The notes under the pieces are model-generated. The model made no database searches. It saw nothing but the letters and a program-made list of their open reading frames with translations, and was not told the origin of the DNA. Positions 46,534 to 55,329 of a stretch of 58,505 bases of DNA are shown here, one piece after another. Source of the DNA: Parcubacteria group bacterium GW2011_GWD2_38_12 (lineage in GTDB: Bacteria > Patescibacteriota > Minisyncoccia > GWC2-36-17); the NCBI GenBank assembly GCA_000992345.1, contig LBUA01000002.1, positions 5,557-64,061 of the forward strand. The letters are read 5' to 3'. The first letter of the stretch is position 1, and the number at the start of each line of letters is the position of its first letter. A program made the translations under genes and the position numbers.

Positions 46534-47346
46534 ATGCTCTTTCAAATTTCAAAGCCGGAAATTACAAATATTTGGAAAGCTACTTGGGATAAGATAAAAA
46601 TTCGCTGGCAGTTTTGGAGTCTTGTGGTAGTTGCCTTTATTTCCCATGTGACATTGGGAATATGGGCCGGCTGGGGAGAGGATATTATTTTTTTCCCTTT
46701 TATTATTGTTGTTTTGTATGTTGTCGCGGCGCAAAATAAAATCAGAACTTCTTTTTGGAAACGATTTGCAGAGCTTAACGGATGGCAATACGCATACTAT
46801 GGTTATCCCGAGAAAGAATTGGGATTAATGTTTAAACAGGGGAATAACAGGGCCATTTCTAATGTTATTAATGGCGGTATTAATGATAGGCAGTTTAGAA
46901 TTTTTAATTATGAATTTAGTATCGGTTCTGGCAAAACTAAGCAAACGTACTGTTATACCGTATTCGTTTTTAAATTTAAAGGATCTTTTCCTCACATCTA
47001 TTTAAATAATAGATTTAATTATTATGGCGTGGATATTGGAGAGAAAATACCTCTTCCCAGAGAATTTGAAAAGAAATTTTCTTTATCGGCGCCAAAAAAA
47101 TATGAGATCGAAGCACTAGAGATATTTACCCCCGATGTATTGGCAAATTTATTGGACAACGGTTTTACCCATGATGTTGAGTTTATTGACCAAGAAGTGT
47201 TGATTTTTACTTATGGCCAGATTAATAAATTTGAACAATTAGAAAAAGAATTTAAGCGAGCATTGGAGTTGGAGGATTTGTTGGACGAAAAATTAGACAA
47301 ATTTAAATTTCAGCCGATTGGCAATATGCCGCATATTTTAAAATAA
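46534..47346 (+). CDS. membrane protein, hypothetical (DUF3137-like, LemA-associated)
   Basis: Two TM helices then a soluble domain. Sits between lemA and htpX. Its stop overlaps the htpX start (TAATG). Confidence 0.5.
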   Translation: MLFQISKPEITNIWKATWDKIKIRWQFWSLVVVAFISHVTLGIWAGWGEDIIFFPFIIVVLYVVAAQNKIRTSFWKRFAELNGWQYAYYGYPEKELGLMFKQGNNRAISNVINGGINDRQFRIFNYEFSIGSGKTKQTYCYTVFVFKFKGSFPHIYLNNRFNYYGVDIGEKIPLPREFEKKFSLSAPKKYEIEALEIFTPDVLANLLDNGFTHDVEFIDQEVLIFTYGQINKFEQLEKEFKRALELEDLLDEKLDKFKFQPIGNMPHILK

Positions 47347-48242
47347 TGGCGACCTTATACACAGAACAAGACAGGAATATTCACAAAACCTGGTTGCTTA
47401 TGACCGGGTTTTTAGTATTTATTATTGGGGCGACGTGGATTTTTTCCCAGGCATATGGCAATTCGGGAATTTTATATTTTGGCGTGGCATTTGCTTTTTT
47501 AATGAATTTTTTTAGTTATTGGTATTCGCATAAAATTGTTTTGGCGATGTCGGGCGCTCAGCCGATAAGTGAAAATGAAAATCGCGAATTGTATCGTCTA
47601 GTGGAGAATCTTTCCATCACCGCCGGTTTGCCGATGCCAAAGCTTTATATTATAAATGATCTTGCGCCCAATGCTTTTGCGACTGGACGTGATCCCAAAC
47701 ATGCGGTGATAGCCGTTACATCGGGACTTTTGAATCAGCTTGAAAGATCGGAAATTGAAGGTGTCTTGGCGCACGAATTGTCTCACATTGGGAATCGCGA
47801 TATACTTTTATCAACGATTATAGTTATGCTTGTTGGATTTGTGTCTTTGATTTCGGATTGGTTTTGGAGAATTTCTTTTTATGGTGGCAGAAATCGCGAC
47901 AATAAAGGAATCAAAGAATTAGTTTTGATTATTGCCATTGTTTTGGCGATATTTGCGCCAATTGTCGGATCCATAATACATCTTGCAATTTCCCGCAAAA
48001 GGGAATTTTTGGCTGACGCTTCGGGCGCGCTCTTGACACGTTATCCCGATGGTCTTGCCTCGGCTTTAGAAAGAATTTCTTCTTATCCCATATCTATTGC
48101 GCGCGCCAATCATGCCACAGCTCATCTTTATATTATAAGTCCATTTAAAGGGAAAGAAGCAGTTGGTTTTTTGGCTAAACTTTTTATGACGCATCCGCCT
48201 ATTGAAGAAAGAATAAAGATACTTCGGGGAATGAATATATAG
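47346..48242 (+). CDS. htpX: zinc metalloprotease HtpX (M48)
   Basis: HELSHIGNRD zinc motif, four TM segments and C-terminal THPPIEERI. Confidence 0.9.
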   Translation: MATLYTEQDRNIHKTWLLMTGFLVFIIGATWIFSQAYGNSGILYFGVAFAFLMNFFSYWYSHKIVLAMSGAQPISENENRELYRLVENLSITAGLPMPKLYIINDLAPNAFATGRDPKHAVIAVTSGLLNQLERSEIEGVLAHELSHIGNRDILLSTIIVMLVGFVSLISDWFWRISFYGGRNRDNKGIKELVLIIAIVLAIFAPIVGSIIHLAISRKREFLADASGALLTRYPDGLASALERISSYPISIARANHATAHLYIISPFKGKEAVGFLAKLFMTHPPIEERIKILRGMNI

Positions 48243-48271
48243 GGAATTTATTTTTTAATTTTAATTGTTAA

Positions 48272-48739
48272 ATGTCATTTTACGTTTTTATAAAATTTCT
48301 ACATATTTTGGGGCTTGTCCTTGGTTATGGCGGAGTGATATTTACGGCCCTACTCTCGGCAAAATCAATAAAAGATATAGGTCTTTTCAAGGCGACCGCA
48401 AAAATAACGCCCATCTTCTCGTTTTCAATATGGACGGGGTTGGCTTTGCTTTTTGTCAGCGGAGTCTGGCTTGAGAATTTTTGGTTTAGCCAAGAAGATA
48501 TTTTTTTTCTGGAAGTTAAAAAGATATTGGTAGTTTTTATTGTTTTTCACGGGATTTATGTTAATTTATATCTTACCAAAAAAATGAGAAAATTCGCGGA
48601 ATTAGATAATCCATTTGAAGCGCAGGGATTTAAAAAATTCAAAATTTTGGGCATAATTAGCACTTCCACGTCTTTAATTTTGTGGTCTAGCGCTGTTATT
48701 TTGGGGATTTTAATGAGTTCTGGATTGATGGGAAGATAA
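48272..48739 (+). CDS. polytopic membrane protein, hypothetical
   Basis: Four hydrophobic helices. No family recognised. Confidence 0.5.
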   Translation: MSFYVFIKFLHILGLVLGYGGVIFTALLSAKSIKDIGLFKATAKITPIFSFSIWTGLALLFVSGVWLENFWFSQEDIFFLEVKKILVVFIVFHGIYVNLYLTKKMRKFAELDNPFEAQGFKKFKILGIISTSTSLILWSSAVILGILMSSGLMGR

Positions 48740-48743
48740 AAAT

Positions 48744-49361
48744 ATGAAAGAAACCATTAAAAAATTAAAAAAAGAAATTAAGAATTTTCATCATTTGGTT
48801 GAAACTCAAAAAAAAGAAATTAACCGCCTCTCTTCTTTGGTTGATTATGATTTTTTGACGGGGCTTTATAATAGACAGGGATTTATCAGGGAAGCGGAAA
48901 AATTTTTTGATGAGTTAAGAGGAGAATTAAAGAGAAAAGAAAGAAGAAAGGTTTCTTTCAAGAATTTTTCGTTGATATTCGCCGACCTTGATAATTTGAA
49001 AGTGATTAATGATGAATATGGCCATAAGGCGGGAGATAGGGCGTTGAAAGCCACCACTCAAATTTTTAAGAATTCCGTCAGGCATTTTGATATTATCGGT
49101 CGCTGGGGAGGGGATGAATTTGTGATTGGATTAGTTGGTATCGGCGAAAAAGAAACATTGGAAGTGGCGAAAAAAATGAAGAAACGCCTGAAATCGGCAA
49201 AGATAAATGGTTTCGGATTAAGCGCCAGTTTTGGAATTATTACGGCAATTAACAAGGGGCGAGAAAATATTTTGAACTTATATGAATTGATTGAAAGGGC
49301 TGATATGGCGATGTATAAAGCTAAGAAAAGTAAGGGGAAGGGATTAATAATAGTTCATTAA
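48744..49361 (+). CDS. GGDEF-domain diguanylate cyclase
   Basis: Coiled-coil N-terminus, DFLTGLYNRQGF, active site GRWGGDEFVIGL and MYKAKKSKG. Confidence 0.85.
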   Translation: MKETIKKLKKEIKNFHHLVETQKKEINRLSSLVDYDFLTGLYNRQGFIREAEKFFDELRGELKRKERRKVSFKNFSLIFADLDNLKVINDEYGHKAGDRALKATTQIFKNSVRHFDIIGRWGGDEFVIGLVGIGEKETLEVAKKMKKRLKSAKINGFGLSASFGIITAINKGRENILNLYELIERADMAMYKAKKSKGKGLIIVH

Positions 49362-49365
49362 AGAA

Positions 49366-49692
49366 ATGTCCATTGAAAACGGTTTTGAACAATCAAATGA
49401 CGCCGAAATATTGTGTAATAATTTGCACAATCAAATAGCCGATGATCCTCACTGGTCGGATATTAATTGCGCCAAAATGGAAGCAGAAGATGCCGGGTTA
49501 ATCAGTAAATTTACAAGCGGAGAATTAAGCGACGACGATATTGACGAGAGGATGGATGAATTAAGAGAGGTTGATAGGAATAATCAGAAAGATTCGAGTT
49601 ATGTTTTGGCGGCTTTGCTGAAAAATAAATTAATCGCAAGTAAATATTGGGAAAAAAGAGGGGGGAGGGGAGAAAAAGAAGCTCGGTCATAA
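49366..49692 (+). CDS. hypothetical acidic protein (108 aa)
   Basis: ORF only. The start is tightly spaced after the GGDEF gene. Confidence 0.45.
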   Translation: MSIENGFEQSNDAEILCNNLHNQIADDPHWSDINCAKMEAEDAGLISKFTSGELSDDDIDERMDELREVDRNNQKDSSYVLAALLKNKLIASKYWEKRGGRGEKEARS

Positions 49693-49784
49693 ATTTTTAT
49701 GGAGGATTCGCCCTCCTAAGTTTTTATGATTAAAGGAGATTGCTATAAGTTTTGAGTTATTAGTTTTTAGTTTTTGGTTAATAT

Positions 49785-49871
49785 GGAGGGTTCGCATAGT
49801 GGTCGAGTGCGCATGCTTGGAAAGCATGTAAGGGAGAAATCCCTTCGAGAGTTCGAATCTCTCACCCTCCG
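49785..49871 (+). tRNA. tRNA-Ser(GGA), type II, CCA not encoded
   Basis: Acceptor ggagggt/accctcc, anticodon stem catgc/gcatg with loop uuGGAaa, long variable arm gggag-aaat-ccctt, T arm gagag-ttcgaat-ctctc, G73. Confidence 0.88.
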
Positions 49872-49912
49872 CAAAATCTGGTCGCGACTACGCTCGCGAT
49901 TTTGCGGTGTTT
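49871..49912. repeat. 42-bp perfect inverted repeat, left arm (starts at tRNA-Ser discriminator)
   Basis: gcaaaatctggtcgcgactacgctcgcgattttgcggtgttt. Its exact reverse complement is at 51358-51399. Confidence 0.95.
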
Positions 49913-49973
49913 GTTGTGAGCAAAATCGCCAAAACTCTTAATGTTGATATTGAGGAATTGATCAAATAATTTT

Positions 49974-51149
49974 ATGGAAAATTTTGAACCAAATTTTCAT
50001 CCAAAAATGGAAAAACCAAAAGAACCTGAGAAAAAAGAAATTAGTTTTGAAGTTTTAAAAACTCCAGAAATTTCTATTCGTGAAGAACGAGAAGCACAAT
50101 TACTTTCTTTTATCTTAAAAGCTAAAAATCCCGAATGGGGAACCGATGATACCCCATTAGCTGTTGATGTAAAAAATCATTTTTCAGAAAATCCATTAAG
50201 TTCTGAAGTTTCAGGATTTTTAGATGAAATTCGTGCCCTACAAAAAGGTGGCGTTGATGAAGAAGTTCTATACACACTTGCATTTACTTACGGACATCCA
50301 GAGAGAAATGAGGGAGCGTTTGAAATGATAACGAAACACAAATCGTATATTAAAAATCCGCAAGAGCTTCAACAAAAGCTTTTTCGCGTGCTTGAAATAT
50401 TTGGTCAATCTTTTTCTTCGTCGCCATTAGCAGAAAAAATGACCGTTGAAATTGAGAAAGACAAAAAAGCACGCGGGGAAATTTTAGACGAGACAAAAGC
50501 AAGAATTGAAAAACTGATTGCTTTTTTCAAACCTGATTCAAAAACAACTGAGATAAGGAAAATTTCCTTGATGCCGACTGACCCACTTGATAGAATAAAC
50601 ACAGGCAGTGCTTTTGTCTTTGGTGAAGAATTGGTTTTGAAAACTCACATAGACAACCCTGATAATTTGGAACATGAATTTTCGCACAGCATGATAAATC
50701 CTATTGTTGAAAAATTATCTCAACTATTGACGGACGAACAAAAAGAAAAAATATCCCAACTCGCCAATAAAAAACTAAAACAGGATTATGGCGAGGAATA
50801 TTTTAGCTTGCTGTGCGAAGAATTTATAAGAACCTACAATGATGTTTTTAAGAAGGGAGAAAAACCACAATCTTATGAAGATTTTGTGCAAAAAATTTCT
50901 GGTATTAGCGATGATCAATTCCAGAAATTTTTATCGCAAAGCGAAAGCTTAAAAGTAAGATGTGGTGAACTTGGAATAGTCACGGTTGAGGATTTCAAAA
51001 ATAAATCTCAAGAATATTTTGAACGATTTGAAAAAAATCAATTACGAGATTTGATTTTTGAACTTTATCAGGAATATTCAAATCGTCCAGATAAGGAAAC
51101 CGAAAATTTTGAAAGATTTGTTTTAGCAAAATTTTCGGTTAGAATATAA
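49974..51149 (+). CDS. hypothetical protein with HExxH motif (HEFSH)
   Basis: 391-aa ORF. The only recognisable feature is NLEHEFSHSMINP, a putative zinc-binding site. It lies inside the IR-bounded cassette. Confidence 0.55.
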   Translation: MENFEPNFHPKMEKPKEPEKKEISFEVLKTPEISIREEREAQLLSFILKAKNPEWGTDDTPLAVDVKNHFSENPLSSEVSGFLDEIRALQKGGVDEEVLYTLAFTYGHPERNEGAFEMITKHKSYIKNPQELQQKLFRVLEIFGQSFSSSPLAEKMTVEIEKDKKARGEILDETKARIEKLIAFFKPDSKTTEIRKISLMPTDPLDRINTGSAFVFGEELVLKTHIDNPDNLEHEFSHSMINPIVEKLSQLLTDEQKEKISQLANKKLKQDYGEEYFSLLCEEFIRTYNDVFKKGEKPQSYEDFVQKISGISDDQFQKFLSQSESLKVRCGELGIVTVEDFKNKSQEYFERFEKNQLRDLIFELYQEYSNRPDKETENFERFVLAKFSVRI

Positions 51150-51199
51150 GAGTGAATTTGAAATTAGCCGCCGAATTTCCGAAAACCCCCAGTCCGAAA

Positions 51200-51295
51200 C
51201 CCGCCCGCATTCCTCCCCAGACCCCTCCTGCGGGCGGGAATACAGCCGAGGCAGGGCGAATCCAAAACCCCAGACAAATTGTTTCGCCTTGCCTC
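51200..51295 (+). ncRNA. pair of GC-rich hairpins with CCCCAGA-containing loops (candidate RNA or protein-binding sites)
   Basis: Hairpin 1: cccgcccgca (51200-09) pairs with tgcgggcggg (51229-38), loop ttcctCCCCAGAcccctcc. Hairpin 2: gaggcagggcga (51248-59) pairs with tcgccttgcctc (51284-95), loop atccaaaaCCCCAGAcaaattgtt. Confidence 0.4.
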
Positions 51296-51357
51296 GTCCG
51301 CATTAGTATTTTTAATCATTTGGATTTTGCTCGAAATAGTTTCGAACTTCGTCCAAA

Positions 51358-51399
51358 AAACACCGCAAAATCGCGAGCGTAGTCGCGACCAGATTTTGC
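51358..51399. repeat. 42-bp perfect inverted repeat, right arm
   Basis: aaacaccgcaaaatcgcgagcgtagtcgcgaccagattttgc is the reverse complement of 49871-49912. Confidence 0.95.
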
Positions 51400-51457
51400 A
51401 TAGTGCAGAACAAGAAGTGAAGCGACTATGTTCTGCCTCCGCAAATTTGTAAATTTT

Positions 51458-52393
51458 ATGTATCCATCAGTAGCAATAATTATAGTTAATTGGAATAACG
51501 CCAAAGATACCGTTGATTGTATTGAAAGCATTAAAAAAATAATTTACCGGAATTATAAGATTTTTTTAATTGATAACGGATCTGGTGATGGTTCTTTTGT
51601 AAAATTTCAGTCTCTATATGCCGGTATAAGCGGAATTGAGATCCTAAGATTAAATGATAATTTGGGATTTTCCGGTGGCAATAATATTGGTATTAAAAAA
51701 GCGCTGGATGAAAAATTTGATTATGTGTTGCTTTTAAATAATGACACGACAGTAGAGCCGAATTTTTTGGATGAATTGATAAAAATAGGAGAGAGTGACG
51801 AAAAAATCGGCGTCGTCGGTCCGAAAATATATTTTCATCCTGATTTTGATGATTTATTAAAAGCCGATCGTATATGGTATGGCGGCGGAGATTTCACATG
51901 GCTTGGCGGAGGCAGACATTTGCAATATGAAGAGATAGACAAAAATCCAAGCGAGACGAACCCGAGAGAAACAAAATATATGACTGGTTGCGCTTTTTTA
52001 GTTAAGTCGGAAGTGTTGAAAAGGGTTGGATTAATGCCGGAAGAATTTTTTCTTTATTATGAAGATACGGATTGGAGTTTATCCATTAGGAAAGCGGGTT
52101 ATAAAATGATATATGCTCCAGCATCTAAAATTTATCATAAAGTTTCTCGGACAACTGCAACGCTAGGAAATCCAAAAATTCATTATTATCACATTCGCAA
52201 TGCCTTGTTACTTTCCAAAAGACAGGCGCCTAAAATTATTTTGGCAGGTATTTATATTTGGAGCGTGATGCATTATTTAAAACAAATTATTAAATTGGCA
52301 ATTTTACCTTCTAAAAGGGAAACCTCCAAAATGATAATGCGCGGAATTGAGGATTTTTGGGAAGGTAAATTCGGGGAATATGAATCAAAATAA
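51458..52393 (+). CDS. family 2 glycosyltransferase
   Basis: VAIIIVNWNN...IDNGSGDGS...FSGGNN...LLLNNDT and a DxD-type motif YYEDTDW. The start is set at MYPSVAIII. Confidence 0.85.
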   Translation: MYPSVAIIIVNWNNAKDTVDCIESIKKIIYRNYKIFLIDNGSGDGSFVKFQSLYAGISGIEILRLNDNLGFSGGNNIGIKKALDEKFDYVLLLNNDTTVEPNFLDELIKIGESDEKIGVVGPKIYFHPDFDDLLKADRIWYGGGDFTWLGGGRHLQYEEIDKNPSETNPRETKYMTGCAFLVKSEVLKRVGLMPEEFFLYYEDTDWSLSIRKAGYKMIYAPASKIYHKVSRTTATLGNPKIHYYHIRNALLLSKRQAPKIILAGIYIWSVMHYLKQIIKLAILPSKRETSKMIMRGIEDFWEGKFGEYESK

Positions 52394-53234
52394 TATAAAA
52401 CTTAGCATAATAATTCCTCATTATCGGACGCCGGAAGTCTTGACGCTGTGCCTAGACGCTATCTTGAAAGATGTAAAAAATATTTCTTATGAAATTATTG
52501 TTTCTGATGGAGAAACTGATAGCGGGATTTTAGATGAATTTAAAAATAAATATCCAGGAATCATATTTATTGAAAATAAAAAAAATGTCGGGTTTGCCAG
52601 GCTCGCTAATGCCGGTATTGGCAGGGCAAAGGGAGAATATATTTTTGAAATAAACGCGGATATTATTTTTACGAATGGAAAGGATATCCTGGATTTGATT
52701 GAATATCTTGAAAAAAATGATAATGTTGGCATTGTGGCGCCGCGCCTTTTTAATCCCGATGGCTCTGTCCAGCAGACATATTTCAGGAATTACACATTGC
52801 CGACTATTTTAGCCAGGAGAACTTTTTTGGGGAAAACCCGGCTGGGAAAAAAGATATTGGATAAATTTATGTATAAAGATGTGAATATGAGCGGTTCTTT
52901 TGAGCCGGATTGGGTTTTGGGCGCCGCCATGATGATGGCCAGCAAAAGATTTGCCAAGATAGGCGGAAAATTTGATGAAAGATTTTTTATGTATTTTGAG
53001 GATGCGGATTTGTGCAGAAGATTCAAAATAGCGGGATTCAAAATAATATATTTTCCTTTCACAAGTTTTGTCCATAAACATGCCAGAGCGTCGGATAGGG
53101 GCAAGGGGATTTTTGATATTTTTACGAATAATTTAACGCGCATTCATATTGCAAGTTATTTGAATTATTTGATTAAATGGCACATTGAAATTCCTTTGAA
53201 AATGATATATAGTAATTTCAAAAATAAAATGTGA
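52380..53234 (+). CDS. family 2 glycosyltransferase
   Basis: LSIIIPHYR...VSDGETDSG...GFARLANAG...NADI...YFEDADLC. It overlaps the upstream gene by 14 nt. Confidence 0.85.
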   Translation: MNQNNIKLSIIIPHYRTPEVLTLCLDAILKDVKNISYEIIVSDGETDSGILDEFKNKYPGIIFIENKKNVGFARLANAGIGRAKGEYIFEINADIIFTNGKDILDLIEYLEKNDNVGIVAPRLFNPDGSVQQTYFRNYTLPTILARRTFLGKTRLGKKILDKFMYKDVNMSGSFEPDWVLGAAMMMASKRFAKIGGKFDERFFMYFEDADLCRRFKIAGFKIIYFPFTSFVHKHARASDRGKGIFDIFTNNLTRIHIASYLNYLIKWHIEIPLKMIYSNFKNKM

Positions 53235-53247
53235 AAGGAGAAAAATT

Positions 53248-53514
53248 ATGAGCGAGAAAAAATCTGTTCAGCCGGATTTTTTTCTTTCTGATGAAGAAGT
53301 AAAAAAACGGGAAGAAGAAAGAAGGGAAAGAGCTGAAGAGGCGCAAGAAAAAAGATTAATCGAGGAAGCGATGCGTGAAGAAGGGTTTATTTCTGCCGAA
53401 GAAAAGAAAGCTCAAACCGAAAAAAGCAGAGAGAGTTGGATTGAGCTTTGTGAAAAACTCGGTGTAAAGGTAAAAATAGGCAAAGAAAATATCCAGAAAA
53501 AACTTTTTAAATAA
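53248..53514 (+). CDS. hypothetical Glu/Lys-rich protein (88 aa)
   Basis: aaggag upstream and a terminator at 53517-53545. Confidence 0.5.
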   Translation: MSEKKSVQPDFFLSDEEVKKREEERRERAEEAQEKRLIEEAMREEGFISAEEKKAQTEKSRESWIELCEKLGVKVKIGKENIQKKLFK

Positions 53515-53516
53515 TC

Positions 53517-53545
53517 AAAAACAGCCAGATAAAATGGCTGTTTTT
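53517..53545 (+). terminator. rho-independent terminator
   Basis: aaaaacagcca-gataaaa-tggctgtttttt. Confidence 0.8.
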
Positions 53546-53560
53546 TAACTCGGTATATGT

Positions 53561-53722
53561 TTTATTAACGACGTAGAGCGAGCAAAATACAAAAGTAATC
53601 TTTTGTATTTTCGATCCGAGGAGTTAATAAAGGTCTAATACCTCACCGTTTGCGGTGAGAAAGCGCGAGTAAAGCGAGCTCCGACAAATACCCCGTCGGC
53701 TTGCCGCGGGGGACCTTTATTA
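53561..53722 (+). ncRNA. candidate structured RNA / mini-element, copy 2 (unassigned family)
   Basis: Homologous to 12469-12635. It stands alone between two terminators (53517-45 and 53721-52). Contains ctcaccg-tttg-cggtgag and ccgac-aaatacccc-gtcgg hairpins. Confidence 0.45.
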
Positions 53723-53752
53723 ACCAGCTATTGAAGATAGCTGGTTCTGTTT
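53721..53752 (+). terminator. rho-independent terminator closing copy 2
   Basis: aaccagcta-ttgaaga-tagctggtt followed by ctgtttt. Confidence 0.7.
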
Positions 53753-53787
53753 TGAATAAACTGTTTTTTCAGCTATAATCAACGGAT

Positions 53788-54177
53788 ATGGATATTATGA
53801 AAAATAAAATAAAAATTGTTCTTGTCGAAGATGACCAATTTTTATCAAAAATTTTAATACTTCGCCTTGTAGAGGAGGGTTTTGACGTGGTTTTAGCGGA
53901 TAATGGTCAAGATGCGGCTGGTGTCATTAAGAAAGAAAATCCAAATATCGTATTACTTGATTTACTGTTGCCTAAAAAGAATGGCTTTGAAGTGTTAGAA
54001 GAGATAAAACTTGATGCCAAGATAAATCAAATACCGGTTATCATCTTATCGAATCTCGGTCAGCAGACTGATATAAATAAGGGATTAAAACTTGGCGCTA
54101 CTGATTATCTCGTAAAGGCGAATTTCGGTATAAAAGATATTGTTTCTAAAATTAAAGAGCATTTAGCGAAAATTTAG
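53788..54177 (+). CDS. single-domain response regulator (CheY-like receiver)
   Basis: KIVLVEDDQFL...IVLLDLLLPKKNG...PVIILSNLG...DYLVKA. Confidence 0.8.
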   Translation: MDIMKNKIKIVLVEDDQFLSKILILRLVEEGFDVVLADNGQDAAGVIKKENPNIVLLDLLLPKKNGFEVLEEIKLDAKINQIPVIILSNLGQQTDINKGLKLGATDYLVKANFGIKDIVSKIKEHLAKI

Positions 54178-54193
54178 AAATAATTTTTAAGCT

Positions 54194-55258
54194 ATGTTTT
54201 TATTTCCCAAAAAAATTCTAGCCATAGATGTATCCGATAGTTCCATTGAGATTCTGCAGATGTCGCAGTTTCTGGGTAAGATTAAGGTATCGTTTTTGTC
54301 GCGTTCAGAGCTTGAAGAGGGGATTGTGGAAAAGGGAAAAATTTTAAAGAAAAAACAATTAGTTTTGAAAATAAAGAAATACGCTGGCGACATAGTAAGA
54401 AGCGAGGTAGCCGTTGCTCTGCCAGATACGATAATCTTCAGTCATATTTTTAAATTTACCGGACAAGAAGCAATATCTGATAAAGAGATAATGTCGGAAG
54501 CAAAAAAGACAATGCCGATAAACTTTGATGATTGTTATTATGATTTTTTTGTTCAAGATATTAACGGAGAGAAAATTGTTTTCTTTGCCGCCGCGCTCAA
54601 AAAAGAAGTTGATGAGTATAAATCGGTTTTTAAAGAATTGAATTTTGTTCCCAGATTTTTTGATCTGAATTCCCTGTGCGCTTTAAGGTCTTTGGATATT
54701 GAACATGACGGGACATTGGTTGTTGATATTGGCGGTAAATACGGCGTTTTGAGTATTTTTGACAATGGACTATTGCAATTGACCAGCGTTGTCAACTTTG
54801 GGGGAGAAAATTTTACCGAAAAGCTGTCCGAAAAATTGAATGTGTCTCGTGAGCAGGCGGAGGTTTTTAAAATGACGTATGGGTTTAATCCGGACAAAGA
54901 AGATGGGCGCATATTTTTAGTTTTGCAGGAGGTCTTACAGCCATTGATAGATGAGATTCGAAAAATTATTAATTTTTATGAAGCTGATAATAAAAATTCG
55001 CCGCGGCGGATTAAAAAAATAGTTTTATCCGGCGGTTCAGGGCTTATGCCAAAACTTGACGAATATATTTTTGAGAATTTCAGTATTAATACTCAAATCG
55101 GCAGGCCGCAACTGGGAAATTTAATTTCGGAATATCTAAAATCAAATAATATGGAAAACGAAATTGACACCGTTTTTTTTGCGGCGACATTAGGATTGGC
55201 AACGAGATATTTGGAGGTAAAATCGCACTTTAATACCGGAGTTAATTTGTTAAAATAG
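54194..55258 (+). CDS. pilM: type IV pilus assembly protein PilM (actin-like ATPase)
   Basis: ILAIDVSDSSIEILQM..., LVVDIGGKYG and IVLSGGSGLMPKL, matching the PilM/FtsA-like fold pattern. Confidence 0.78.
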   Translation: MFLFPKKILAIDVSDSSIEILQMSQFLGKIKVSFLSRSELEEGIVEKGKILKKKQLVLKIKKYAGDIVRSEVAVALPDTIIFSHIFKFTGQEAISDKEIMSEAKKTMPINFDDCYYDFFVQDINGEKIVFFAAALKKEVDEYKSVFKELNFVPRFFDLNSLCALRSLDIEHDGTLVVDIGGKYGVLSIFDNGLLQLTSVVNFGGENFTEKLSEKLNVSREQAEVFKMTYGFNPDKEDGRIFLVLQEVLQPLIDEIRKIINFYEADNKNSPRRIKKIVLSGGSGLMPKLDEYIFENFSINTQIGRPQLGNLISEYLKSNNMENEIDTVFFAATLGLATRYLEVKSHFNTGVNLLK

Positions 55259-55329
55259 ATTATTTTTTACAACTTGAATCTCTGAAAGTTTTACTATAAG
55301 CTAAAAGTTATAAACTGAGAGCTATTTTT

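Noticed and set aside
49913-49973. C-terminal XRE-type HTH-like peptide (VVSKIAKTLNVDIEELIK-stop) as a gene
   Set aside because: The frame has no start codon and no N-terminal HTH between tRNA-Ser and this segment. At best it is a gene remnant, and it is mentioned only as context for the inverted-repeat cassette.
51152-51382. 76-aa GTG-initiated ORF overlapping the GC-rich hairpins and the right 42-bp repeat
   Set aside because: It is Pro/Ala/Arg-rich low complexity with no SD, and its reading frame is created by the GC-rich stems. It is treated as non-coding, but this is not proven.
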